Below, in pieces: positions 9,874-19,363 of a stretch of 64,000 nucleotides of DNA. Every line of letters starts with the position of its first letter. Position 1 is the first letter of the stretch. The notes beneath the pieces were generated by a model that was not told the DNA's origin, made no database searches, and worked only from the letters and a program-made list of their open reading frames with translations. The position numbers and the translations under genes are program-made. This DNA is from a virus. The DNA is taken from the UHGV virus genome UHGV-0179428, one strand, 5' to 3'.

Positions 9874-12800
9874 ATGCCGAGAGAAGACGCGGCGCAGTTT
9901 AACGGTACGCTAAGCACAGTGACGTACCCTAACCGATTTAACGTGGTCATTCCGCCTGAAGGACCTTTTTATCGTATCGGATTAAAACTCACAGTAGCCG
10001 ACGATACCGCGCCTAACGGACGTCGTACTCTGATTGAGGGGTTGGACTACTATTTAGGCTATTACTTTAAAGAACTCGCAGAAGCTGAACAAGATCAGAT
10101 TTATGGCGGGTTTATGTTGCTTACTGCAACAGAAATCGAATATGAGATTTTAGGGGTAGCACGGCAGTATCGTGTACCGCAATCTGAAATCGGGAAGTTC
10201 TTAGTTCGTACTGACCTGAAAGACCCACGTAACGTGGACTGGTCGGAGTTAATGGCGTACGCGCCGGTTATTCAACCAATCGACCCCCCTGCTAACTTAG
10301 AAGAAGCTATTCTGAGGGACGAGGTCGTTAAAGCGTTGAACGATATCCGCAAGAAAATCATTCAGCGTTCAACAGAGTTAGATGCGGCCTTCACCGAAGT
10401 CACTAACCTGATTTACGAGAACGGTAAAAAGATTTTCGATGAAGAACTATACCAACACCACCTTAATCCTAACGCTCACCAGTATACGACCAATGACGTT
10501 GGGGCCCTTCCGGTTTTAGGACGTGCTGTTGACGCTACAAAAGCGTTTGGGTTGACAATTGACCAACTGGCTACGCTGATGGGTTCGGCGGGCATTGAGC
10601 AATCAGACGTTGAACAGTTAATGGGCGAAGCCCTCGGTACCGTTTACGGTCGTTGGGGTACCACGAACGGTAATGAACTAACGTTTAAAACACCGGGTGG
10701 ACACATCATCAGCATCCGTGGTGATAAGTGGTTAATTACTTCACCACAACCGTTAGTGATTAAAGCAGACCAAGACAACAACGAATCCGGTTTGGCGGTT
10801 GAGTTTAGTGCGGGGCTGAATACGCTTTGGGTACACTCTGGGTCAGAACAGGATGTATTAGCACCGGTCTATAACTCTGTGTATTTGGTTACACCAGAAA
10901 TGGTGAACATGTACCTGACGTCTGTAACGTTACTTGAAGCGAACGCCTATTTCAAATCGTCTGACACCGTAAAACCGTACGGTACAGCGAAGCAGTCTAA
11001 CCCACTAACGTTGAATGCGAATATTCCCACAGCAACCGAGTCGGTTTATGGGGTGTTTTCGATTACGAATATCGCAACCTCTGTAGCGCTAGGCACTGCT
11101 ATTTCCCAAAAGGCTGTGACCGAGTTAAAAAACCGGTTGGACTTGTACGTTGATGATAGCTACACGGTTAACGGTAAAGGGTTTGTTAAGACAGGCGACA
11201 ACATGGTGTTAACCTTAACGAAGGCCGATTTCGGTATCGATAAGATGAATAACACCACACCCATCGCTAAACCGGTAACAAAAGCATTAGCGAACGTGCT
11301 GAAAAATAAAAGTTTGAAGGTACACACGCACACTACCGCTGATTTGGATAATGTCCCGATTGGTAGCGCAACAGTGGACGGTATCTTACAGCTGTGGGAT
11401 GCGATTGATACCACGAATGATAAAGCCGTTACATCACGCCAAGGGTGGTTGTTCGCAAAAGAGATTAAGAAGGTCTCTGATAAACTGAATACCCTCTTGC
11501 CCGCATGGACAACGGCCGGGAGCAAATATACCAACAATTCGATATTGCCGATCTTGTCGATGGGTAATTACGAAGGTTATGGTAAAAACATGGATGCGCT
11601 CCAGATGGTTATAGGGGTACAACAAGGTAAGCTTTACGCTTTAATTAGTTCTAAATCTGCCCTTCCGGGAACTGAGGGTATTTATTACGCTGTTGCTGGG
11701 TTAAAAAACGACAAAAGTCTCGGTGAAATTTACAAAACAACTTTCCGTTATAAGCCGAAAGGGTTAGAGACGAATTATCCGGGGGTGGAACTAAAAGAAA
11801 TTACCGTTACTGGTACCGAAGCATTTATAGCGAAGGGCAGCGACGATAATTATTATTTAGTTAAACTGAACGGTTCAATGGATTACACCAAACATACCGA
11901 TGTCAGGTTGGTAACTTTCTCAGAATTTGTTTCAGAAACAACATGGGAATTTGTGCCGAATATGTTCATGGATCGTGTGGTCATAGCCGATAACGGCGTC
12001 TATGTTTTGCGTACGATGCTAATGGCCGATCTGAAAAACAATAGTCTGGTGGACTACATTAAGGATACTCCGCAACCTATGTTCCGTGTTGGGTTATTGC
12101 GGCTTAATAAAACCGATCGGTTTGAACAGGTTGATTTAAGCTCTACACGAAAAATCGGTAAGTGTGCCGATTTGGTTGAACCTGGCGCGTTCGATGTAGA
12201 TAATCCGAATACGAAGCGTCTTGCCTACTTCACTGCGGAAGGCAAAGCGTTGTGGACAGTGAATTTACAATTAACTAGAGGGGTGTCAAGATGGATAACG
12301 CCCGTTGTTAAGGACGGTCACTTGTTAACCGTCGGCGTGTCTGGCGTTTGTCTTGGTTTTTCTTCAACGAAAGGTACCACATTCGGGCCATGGAATGGTG
12401 CTTATCGTCTCGACCTATTAACCGGGGAGGTTGGGTTAGAGACAACTAACATCTTCCCAATCAAAATCGATACTACAGGTTGCTACTTAAAAGACGGAAC
12501 AAAAATAGAGCTGAAATGGAAATGGGCTACTCGAAGTTCTGGCTATATGACCGACAATAGAATCTGTGTCGGTGATATGGTTTATTCTTGCTGCTGTTCG
12601 ACAGAAAAACAACTTGCACCATCTCTCCATTACCAGAAACTCCCAGAAGGAGTTAGTTATCTGGACTATGTTAAGTTGAGTGCGGGGTATGAGGGGCAAT
12701 CTACGTTTGAAAATCGGATAAACCCTGTGGTGGGTTCGGTGTGGAAACCGTCTATGACCTTCCCATTGTTCTTCCCAGGAACAAACAAAGTATGGCTTAA

Positions 12801-15060
12801 ACATCAAAAAACGGCTTATTTCATTGAAGCCGAATATGATAAAGATACGACTTATGGTTATCCTGGATACGGCGGGTTTGGACCAACATCCCGCCGTGTT
12901 GAAAAAAAAGCGAACGAATACGGCGTATTGACAAATATACCGCTGGTTGTTACGCCAGACATACCGAAAGGTCTACTAGATGGGGCTTACTTTATCGGTG
13001 CTGAAAGTAAACCATGTAAAGTTGTTTACGGTACCACTACGGTGGCTAGTGATCGGTTGTCTATCGATGCGGCAGAATGGGCGAAGTTGACTAATATTGT
13101 TCAGTCCAGCCAGTTCTCTGGGGCTTCTAACGGCAACGCCTATGAGCGGATTAGCGTAGCTAAGACCAAAAAGAACAACTACAGTTTGTCCTTTTGGGTG
13201 CTTGGTCAAACGATGTCTGGTGGTCCGCTTTGTATCGCGATAGTGAGTCTTATCTATAAAGACACTGACGGGGTAAATAAGTTTGCTTTTTACTTCTTTC
13301 AGGTAAAACCGACTATAACCAACGGGGTCATAAGGTTCGTTAGTTCGGAAGCGAGAATGATGACGTTCAGGGAAAAAGTGGCCAGTAACGCCATTAATCT
13401 CTCACCCACAGCTTTTAATGGTGAACTTAAACAACGCTCCGGTCAAGTTTTCCTTTATTCGCAAGACGGACAAAAGTTCAGATTCTCAATACATAACCTG
13501 GTTGGCGGGAATCTTGTAGGATCAGAGATTTCTTTTGCTTTTGGGATAAACTTGACTAAAAAAGGAGAATGGTTTACCGGCGAAATTCATCGGGCGTGGG
13601 GCTATACGTATACGCTGAATAATACATCTGAAGTCTATATACCCGATCTCTCGGGCATCGCGCTATTGACTTGTAACTCGGAAGATTTAAACGAGTTGTA
13701 TCTCGGTGGCGAACAGTATAGAATCTCTGATTTGTTTAACAAAAAATATACTGTTATCGATAAGATTATTATTGGCGGCGTACAAACACAGAGCGGTTGG
13801 AATTTCTATCTGACGGAGGAAACCGAGTTAAGTTTTGGAAATAAAAGATATACCGTTCCAAGATGGTCCGTTGATTTAAGCGATGAATTCCCGACTAATC
13901 ACGCTAACCAGACATTCTACGTTTATGCTGAAGTGGTCGGTTCTACTGCCCAATACCGCATCGGTTTAGAGCAGTTAGCTGATACCTCGTCGAGACTGTT
14001 TGTTGGGACAGTAACCACTGATTCGAACCGTATTACGGATATCAGTATCGATAAAGTAAAACGGTTAGGTCGTGTAAAAGAGCTGGAAAATCATGCCTCG
14101 GTTGTTGATCAGCACGATGTGGCGCAGGCGTTCGACAGGAAAACTGGTCCACTATTAACAGTGGTTAATAAACCCGTTAAAGCCATTACAGCATCTGCGA
14201 GCAAGGGTGCTGGGTATGTCGATGGTCAGAAATGGAATACGTTGTCCGGGATTGCAACGCGGCCCAGGTTGCCGGTACAGGAAACCTATTCAGGTTATAA
14301 AAGTATCAGCAGGGTGGCGTATGAGAACTGCGCTGACCAGTTCTGGCAGAAAGCGGTTGCTGCGAACGTTGCAGCGGCTACTGCTTCTGAGAACAAACAA
14401 GCAGCAACCGCGAACATGAAGTGGTTGGGTGCGTATACGAAACCGACTACCGGCGAGTATGCATATCTGGCATTGAGTCTGCGTGTTAAAGTACCTGGCG
14501 ATCCTGGTACTACTAATCGTCGACTGAAAATCAGGCTTGCGGCCCCGACAGGTATAACTCAAGTTCGTTACGGGCTAAATCAGTCTGGCGGTACGATGAC
14601 TGAACAGACAGTAACATTAACTGCTAACAGCTATCTGGAAAAAGAACACGCCGGATTTAAGCCAGCCGAAGAAGTCCGTGTACATGCTACGTTTGTCATT
14701 CCAAAAAATGAATACGATAGCTACCGTACGAAGTTCGGTGCTGTTCAGCTGATTGACGTTGAGTCGAACACTGTCATTAAACAGACAGATATCGACACAC
14801 CGTTTATCGTGTATACCGACACGGAGTTAGCAGCACAATCTGGTTTGGTGTATAAAGCGGTTAAGGGTCAGTTCCATCAACTCCCGTCTCAACCTGTCGT
14901 CATTGTAACTGATGGACAGACAGGGACTACGCCACCGGTGAAAACCTCGTTTGCTGACGGGACATTAACGGTCTACGTGGCAACCACGTACGACGCGGTG
15001 AATCCAGCACAAACGCGCGATATCGATAAGCTCCAGTTCAATCTTATGTTTACATCTTAA
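9874..15060 (+). CDS. giant tail fibre protein (1728 aa)
   Basis: AGGAG RBS; shared N-terminal module (GPFYRIGL...GLDYYL); fibre motif KADFGIDKMNNTTPIAKPV and HTHTTADLDNVP. Confidence 0.85.
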   Translation: MPREDAAQFNGTLSTVTYPNRFNVVIPPEGPFYRIGLKLTVADDTAPNGRRTLIEGLDYYLGYYFKELAEAEQDQIYGGFMLLTATEIEYEILGVARQYRVPQSEIGKFLVRTDLKDPRNVDWSELMAYAPVIQPIDPPANLEEAILRDEVVKALNDIRKKIIQRSTELDAAFTEVTNLIYENGKKIFDEELYQHHLNPNAHQYTTNDVGALPVLGRAVDATKAFGLTIDQLATLMGSAGIEQSDVEQLMGEALGTVYGRWGTTNGNELTFKTPGGHIISIRGDKWLITSPQPLVIKADQDNNESGLAVEFSAGLNTLWVHSGSEQDVLAPVYNSVYLVTPEMVNMYLTSVTLLEANAYFKSSDTVKPYGTAKQSNPLTLNANIPTATESVYGVFSITNIATSVALGTAISQKAVTELKNRLDLYVDDSYTVNGKGFVKTGDNMVLTLTKADFGIDKMNNTTPIAKPVTKALANVLKNKSLKVHTHTTADLDNVPIGSATVDGILQLWDAIDTTNDKAVTSRQGWLFAKEIKKVSDKLNTLLPAWTTAGSKYTNNSILPILSMGNYEGYGKNMDALQMVIGVQQGKLYALISSKSALPGTEGIYYAVAGLKNDKSLGEIYKTTFRYKPKGLETNYPGVELKEITVTGTEAFIAKGSDDNYYLVKLNGSMDYTKHTDVRLVTFSEFVSETTWEFVPNMFMDRVVIADNGVYVLRTMLMADLKNNSLVDYIKDTPQPMFRVGLLRLNKTDRFEQVDLSSTRKIGKCADLVEPGAFDVDNPNTKRLAYFTAEGKALWTVNLQLTRGVSRWITPVVKDGHLLTVGVSGVCLGFSSTKGTTFGPWNGAYRLDLLTGEVGLETTNIFPIKIDTTGCYLKDGTKIELKWKWATRSSGYMTDNRICVGDMVYSCCCSTEKQLAPSLHYQKLPEGVSYLDYVKLSAGYEGQSTFENRINPVVGSVWKPSMTFPLFFPGTNKVWLKHQKTAYFIEAEYDKDTTYGYPGYGGFGPTSRRVEKKANEYGVLTNIPLVVTPDIPKGLLDGAYFIGAESKPCKVVYGTTTVASDRLSIDAAEWAKLTNIVQSSQFSGASNGNAYERISVAKTKKNNYSLSFWVLGQTMSGGPLCIAIVSLIYKDTDGVNKFAFYFFQVKPTITNGVIRFVSSEARMMTFREKVASNAINLSPTAFNGELKQRSGQVFLYSQDGQKFRFSIHNLVGGNLVGSEISFAFGINLTKKGEWFTGEIHRAWGYTYTLNNTSEVYIPDLSGIALLTCNSEDLNELYLGGEQYRISDLFNKKYTVIDKIIIGGVQTQSGWNFYLTEETELSFGNKRYTVPRWSVDLSDEFPTNHANQTFYVYAEVVGSTAQYRIGLEQLADTSSRLFVGTVTTDSNRITDISIDKVKRLGRVKELENHASVVDQHDVAQAFDRKTGPLLTVVNKPVKAITASASKGAGYVDGQKWNTLSGIATRPRLPVQETYSGYKSISRVAYENCADQFWQKAVAANVAAATASENKQAATANMKWLGAYTKPTTGEYAYLALSLRVKVPGDPGTTNRRLKIRLAAPTGITQVRYGLNQSGGTMTEQTVTLTANSYLEKEHAGFKPAEEVRVHATFVIPKNEYDSYRTKFGAVQLIDVESNTVIKQTDIDTPFIVYTDTELAAQSGLVYKAVKGQFHQLPSQPVVIVTDGQTGTTPPVKTSFADGTLTVYVATTYDAVNPAQTRDIDKLQFNLMFTS

Positions 15061-15100
15061 CGCCACGAGACAAGGACGTCTCGGATTAAGGAGAGTGGCC

Positions 15101-16300
15101 ATGGCCTCCATTGTATACCAATACCCTTTAGATTTAACGGGAAGCCTAACCTCTAACGCCGTGGAGCGTCAGGTTACGTTAGGTACAGGTAAAGTTAACC
15201 GTGCGTTTGCTTTTCCTGATGGACCGTTTTATGCCGATACGTTCCGCTTGCGGGTTGCCAACCGACCCGATGCGACGTATGAGCGCGGAACGGACTATGA
15301 GTTGATTTTTGCACATCCGGCTTACGAGAAATTGACGAAGAACCGGGAAGTGGTAATGGCGGTTGTTGTAACGAACACCGCCATTCCGACCGATATCACG
15401 GTATCGGCGCAAGTAGTCGGGGGTCCGCAGTCTGCAAACGTGACTGCGATAGAACAGGCGATTGCTGAGTTGAATCTCGATAATCGAACTGTCGGCTTTA
15501 AAGACTTGCGAAATGTTCCTGATACATTTCCGTCAGCACCAACGTATAAAGACGTCGGTGATATTTACGGTTTCGAATATATCATTACAGTGCTCGCTGG
15601 CATTAAAGATGCGATAACGGCGGGCGATGCTGTACAGCTTGAGAACATCAAAGCGATTCTCGAAAGCCTGAAAAACGATTTCCTGGACGCGCTGAACGCA
15701 CACATTAACGCCACGGGTAACGTCCACCATCTGGATATTCACCAGGTTAACGGGTTAACAGAAACGGAGATCCGTGCACTTATCCGTGATGTACAGTCTG
15801 CCATCGATGCAACCATTACCGATATTAATGCGTTGAAGAAAGCAGATGAAGCGTTAGGAAAACGTATTGATGCTGTTGTCAAATCTTTGGAAGCGTGGAA
15901 CGACCAACTTAACATCGTTGCACAAAACTACCAGAAAATGGCATTGGCATTGGCGAACCTAAATTCGTTAGTGTTACAGTTACAGAAAAATATCAACGAT
16001 CTGAACACCAAACTCAACCAAGCGATTCAGCGCATTGCTGCGTTAGAACAGCGGGGTAATGAGTCCGATCAGAAAATTGATAATCTGCAACAAAACCTGG
16101 ATGCGCTTAAACAACAGGTTGCGAATAACACGAACGCAATCAGTCAGGCGAATCAGAACCTACAAAACCATATTGCGGCAGATAACCCACACACGGGCTA
16201 TCTCCACAAGAAATACGGTGGTGTGGTTCAGGCTCCAGTGCACGTTAACGCTAACTTGACGTCCCGTGATGACGTTCAGGCAGAAGCGGGTACGAAATAA
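15101..16300 (+). CDS. coiled-coil fibre/needle-like structural protein (about 399 aa)
   Basis: ATG at 15101 after AAGGAGAG (track start 15095 is GTG); shared N-terminal module (GPFYADTFRL...GTDYELIF); long heptad-like Q/N/L-rich coiled-coil region. Confidence 0.8.
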   Translation: MASIVYQYPLDLTGSLTSNAVERQVTLGTGKVNRAFAFPDGPFYADTFRLRVANRPDATYERGTDYELIFAHPAYEKLTKNREVVMAVVVTNTAIPTDITVSAQVVGGPQSANVTAIEQAIAELNLDNRTVGFKDLRNVPDTFPSAPTYKDVGDIYGFEYIITVLAGIKDAITAGDAVQLENIKAILESLKNDFLDALNAHINATGNVHHLDIHQVNGLTETEIRALIRDVQSAIDATITDINALKKADEALGKRIDAVVKSLEAWNDQLNIVAQNYQKMALALANLNSLVLQLQKNINDLNTKLNQAIQRIAALEQRGNESDQKIDNLQQNLDALKQQVANNTNAISQANQNLQNHIAADNPHTGYLHKKYGGVVQAPVHVNANLTSRDDVQAEAGTK

Positions 16301-16310
16301 CTTTATTACA

Positions 16311-16355
16311 GGAGGAACTATGCTTATGGGCGTAGTCCTCCATTCTTTTTTATTT
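16311..16355 (+). terminator. rho-independent terminator-like hairpin plus T-run between the fibre gene and the Cys-rich peptide genes
   Basis: Imperfect inverted repeat GGAGGAACTA...TAGTCCTCC followed by ATTCTTTTTTATTTT. Confidence 0.5.
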
Positions 16356-16367
16356 TAAGGATACGTG

Positions 16368-16763
16368 ATGGCGATCAGTGTTAAAAATGTACGTGACCGA
16401 ATCACCAACGTAGAGAACCAAATGGCAACTGGCCCACGTGTTGATCCGCAAGTTGCGTCGAAAGCACATAATGCCGCCGACACTTTTTCGGGTTGGACGC
16501 CAAGTCGGTTAGACTGCGGGGGGAGTTGCAGCTGGACGTGCTCAAACGGTTGTACGCATGGCTGTACGAGTTGTTCGGGCACCTGTACGTCAGTGTGTGT
16601 AGGTAGCTGCTCCTCTGCGTGCGGTAACCAGTGTACTGGATGTAGTTCAACGTGTTCCGGTGGCTGCTCAGGTTGCAGTGGGACCTGTGGGGGTGCTTGC
16701 TCGGGCCGTTGTTCTACGGGTTGTTCTGGTGCTTGCTCTGGTGGCTGTTCTGGCCCAACCTAA
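16368..16763 (+). CDS. Cys-rich repeat peptide A (131 aa), candidate radical-SAM substrate/precursor
   Basis: ATG after AAGGA RBS; N-terminus MAISVKNVRDRITNVEN, junction DCGGSCSWTCS, then about 80 aa of C-x3-C repeats rich in G/S/T; paralogous to the next two ORFs. Confidence 0.8.
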   Translation: MAISVKNVRDRITNVENQMATGPRVDPQVASKAHNAADTFSGWTPSRLDCGGSCSWTCSNGCTHGCTSCSGTCTSVCVGSCSSACGNQCTGCSSTCSGGCSGCSGTCGGACSGRCSTGCSGACSGGCSGPT

Positions 16764-16773
16764 GAGGTGAAAA

Positions 16774-17172
16774 ATGGCAATTGGATTACCTGCGCTACAA
16801 GCGCGGCTAAATAACATTGACAACACTGCATTGAAGAATACGGGTGCAGTACAAAACTATATTCGTGGGAAAGCGACGAACAACGCAGACTTATTCGGTG
16901 GGCAAGCTCGCAACCACTATGACTGTGGTGGGAGCTGTAGCTGGACCTGTTCGAGCTGTTCTGGTGGTTGTACAGGGAACGCATCAGGCGGCTGTGGTTC
17001 TTCCTGTTCTGCAAACTGTGTATCAGGTTGTAGTGCAGGCTGTAGTGGATGTTCGAATACCTGTTCTGGTGGCTGTTCAGGAAGCTGTACGGGGAGTTGT
17101 TCTAACTCGTGTGTAGGAAACTGTTCTGCAGGCTGCTCAGGTAGTTGTTCTGGTGGGTGTTCTGGGAGGTAA
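16774..17172 (+). CDS. Cys-rich repeat peptide B (132 aa), candidate radical-SAM substrate/precursor
   Basis: ATG after AGAGGTGA; N-terminus MAIGLPALQARLNNIDN, junction DCGGSCSWTCS, about 80 aa of C-x3-C repeats. Confidence 0.8.
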   Translation: MAIGLPALQARLNNIDNTALKNTGAVQNYIRGKATNNADLFGGQARNHYDCGGSCSWTCSSCSGGCTGNASGGCGSSCSANCVSGCSAGCSGCSNTCSGGCSGSCTGSCSNSCVGNCSAGCSGSCSGGCSGR

Positions 17173-17174
17173 TT

Positions 17175-17381
17175 GTGATTAGCCTTAAGAACCTTCGTGA
17201 TCGGTTAGTAACAGCGGAAGGGTATATTACGACCGCTAACGCAAACAACTATATTGCAAACCAGGGCACTGTGTCTTCAACCAATAACCTTGCCGGTTTA
17301 CCTTTAAGCCATTATAACTGTAACGGTGGATGTAGCTGGTCGTGCAGTGGTAGCTGTAGTAAAGGTGCGGGGGGAAGGTAA
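17175..17381 (+). CDS. Cys-rich peptide C (68 aa), short paralog of A/B
   Basis: GTG at 17175 five nt after GGGAGG, three nt after the stop of peptide B; N-terminus MISLKNLRDRLVTAEG, junction NCNGGCSWSCSGSCS, then only 8 more residues. The track start at 17145 is an upstream in-frame artefact. Confidence 0.65.
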   Translation: MISLKNLRDRLVTAEGYITTANANNYIANQGTVSSTNNLAGLPLSHYNCNGGCSWSCSGSCSKGAGGR

Positions 17382-17530
17382 CTAAGCCCTCCAGTGGTAG
17401 TATGTCTATTACGCAATAACCGAGTTAATTGTACGGGTTTACTACTGAGTTTCAAGTCACCGGTAGGCAATGGCGCGGTGGTTTCTATACCCTGAATGTC
17501 CGTTTGACCGTGAAATAATTGGAGCAATCA

Positions 17531-18418
17531 ATGAAGAATGATTTACATTTAGCGTACAAAACAATTTTCAATCATCCACTTCACATTTCTTCCCCTGATT
17601 CCGTACGTGCACACTTAGCAGATGAAGTTCGTCTGCTGACTCAGTTGCCGGGCGAATGGCCTAAAGTGCGCGGACGTTTCTTTACCGATCGTAAAAACTA
17701 TCGTGTAGAAAATACGTTTAAGATTCGTGATCTGACGGCAGAAAGTGTAGTGGTCTTTACCGGTGACTCCGAGTTGCGTGGTAAACTGGTTGCGGGTAAA
17801 TATTTCTTTAGTGACGGGATTTTGAATAACTCCGTAGATATGGAATTGTTCTTTACCCCATTTGAAGAAATGGGCGCAAAACCGGTTGCCCGTCGTTGGT
17901 GGTCACCGGATTACTTAGGCTCGTTCCCGTATTTCTTTACCCTGGTAACACCAGAAACGAAGAACTATTTCGATACGGAATCGTATATCGAAATTGAAGG
18001 GTACGAAGCGTTAGGGATTAATTGCTTAGCGGATTTAATGGCGTATAGCTATAAGTTCGTGTGGGATCGTGAACGTTCCGTGTGGGTTGCCCTGACGGAT
18101 GAACACGAAATCACAAAACGCATCCGTAAGCCTTGGATGCAGCATTTGATTCAAACGCGTATTGGCGAGCATCCGTCAACAGAAGCGGATCTGGCAAAAC
18201 TCGTTAGTTTCTTAATGACGAAAGTCACGTTAACTGACGAAGAGAAAGCAGCAGTGTCGGCGGTGTTGGACCGTAACGTAACGTTAGCGGATTTAGAACG
18301 TTTAAATGTCCGTTATAAAGACCTTAACCGTGTTTTGGAAGCGTATAACTCTCCATTTTTGTTAACCCCTGGTGCTAACGTAGACGACGATCCTTTGTTC
18401 GCCATTGATTATATTTAA
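17531..18418 (+). CDS. hypothetical protein (296 aa) inside the Cys-peptide/radical SAM locus
   Basis: ATG at 17531 seven nt after GGAG (track start 17519 is TTG); no recognisable motif; sits between the precursors and the radical SAM genes. Confidence 0.75.
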   Translation: MKNDLHLAYKTIFNHPLHISSPDSVRAHLADEVRLLTQLPGEWPKVRGRFFTDRKNYRVENTFKIRDLTAESVVVFTGDSELRGKLVAGKYFFSDGILNNSVDMELFFTPFEEMGAKPVARRWWSPDYLGSFPYFFTLVTPETKNYFDTESYIEIEGYEALGINCLADLMAYSYKFVWDRERSVWVALTDEHEITKRIRKPWMQHLIQTRIGEHPSTEADLAKLVSFLMTKVTLTDEEKAAVSAVLDRNVTLADLERLNVRYKDLNRVLEAYNSPFLLTPGANVDDDPLFAIDYI

Positions 18419-18439
18419 AAACGACCGGAGTCACCTGCA

Positions 18440-19363
18440 ATGACAACCAATGCAGAACCAAGGTTATCGAATCGTTTATACGATAAACCCACCGTATTGT
18501 CCGTAGTCGCTACGTCCAAGTGTAACCTGGATTGTAGCTTCTGCGGTGGAGCCTATTACATGAATCGTGAAGATTCTCCGCGAGAGTTTCAACGTGAGCG
18601 AATTTTGGAAGCGCTGGAAGCTAATCCAACCATTACCGAAATTCAGTGGACGGGTGGTGAGCCATTACTGGCAACCCGTAAAATTGAGGCGTTTGTTGAC
18701 GAATTAAAAGTGATTCGTCCAGAACTCAAACACCAGTTGTATACCAATGGCTTAAAGATGCGTAAATCGCATCTCCCGTTGCTAAAACAGTTTGACAATG
18801 TCTACGTTAGCATCGATGGGTTTAAGTCGTCTGAGCGCCCGTTTATGCGCTTTATTGACGAAGGCTGTTACGAAGCACTGGAAACGATCTACGAGCTGGA
18901 TAATGTCCAGACTTGGGGTGTCCTGACACGGGACCGTTTAGGGGACAAACGCTGGCACGAAGATATTATTCAGCTGCACAGCGCGATTTACCATTACGGT
19001 TTCCGTGCAATGACGTTACTCTTAGATGCGAAAATGCCAAAACCTTTATCGCCTGACCACGTCATGAACTTTATTTACGGCTACTATCAGGTTCAGGACA
19101 ACATTGAACGGCTGAATGTAGTAAATAGTCGTGAATGCGGCTTTACGGTAAGTAAAGTGTTTGAAGAAGGGTGTAACGTTTGCAGCGAAAGTCTTTGGAT
19201 TAATGCAGACGGTGGTGAGCACCAACTCCAGAATGCACCTAACGTTCTGGAATCGGGATGTAACCAACTGGCCTTCTCTATCGGTGTAGAGGCGTACGAA
19301 TATATTCGTCGTGTGGTGATGGCAGGGCGTAATAGAGGGGCGGCAAATGAGTCAAGTAAATGA
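18440..19363 (+). CDS. radical SAM enzyme (307 aa)
   Basis: CNLDCSFCGG (CxxxCxxC) near the N-terminus, GGEPLL glycine-rich motif, VSIDGFKSSERP segment, additional C-terminal cysteines (CGF...CNVC...GC). Confidence 0.8.
   Translation: MTTNAEPRLSNRLYDKPTVLSVVATSKCNLDCSFCGGAYYMNREDSPREFQRERILEALEANPTITEIQWTGGEPLLATRKIEAFVDELKVIRPELKHQLYTNGLKMRKSHLPLLKQFDNVYVSIDGFKSSERPFMRFIDEGCYEALETIYELDNVQTWGVLTRDRLGDKRWHEDIIQLHSAIYHYGFRAMTLLLDAKMPKPLSPDHVMNFIYGYYQVQDNIERLNVVNSRECGFTVSKVFEEGCNVCSESLWINADGGEHQLQNAPNVLESGCNQLAFSIGVEAYEYIRRVVMAGRNRGAANESSK

Noticed and set aside
16844-17116. Alternative-frame ORF (90 aa, VVQGTHQAAVV-rich) overlapping Cys-rich peptide B
   Set aside because: It is a frame artefact of the repetitive tgt/ggt/tct DNA; the Cys-rich frame has the RBS, the paralog conservation and the conserved junction motif.
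16500-17170. Cys-rich G/S/C repeats read as metallothionein-like or keratin-associated low-complexity protein
   Set aside because: The conserved N-terminal region, the invariant junction motif across three paralogs and the adjacent radical SAM/SPASM enzymes point to a modified-peptide system instead; a metal-binding role is not excluded.
17145-17381. Track start at 17145 for Cys-rich peptide C (MFWWVFWEV...)
   Set aside because: That start overlaps the end of peptide B in another frame; the GTG at 17175 preceded by GGGAGG gives an N-terminus (MISLKNLRDRL) homologous to peptides A and B.
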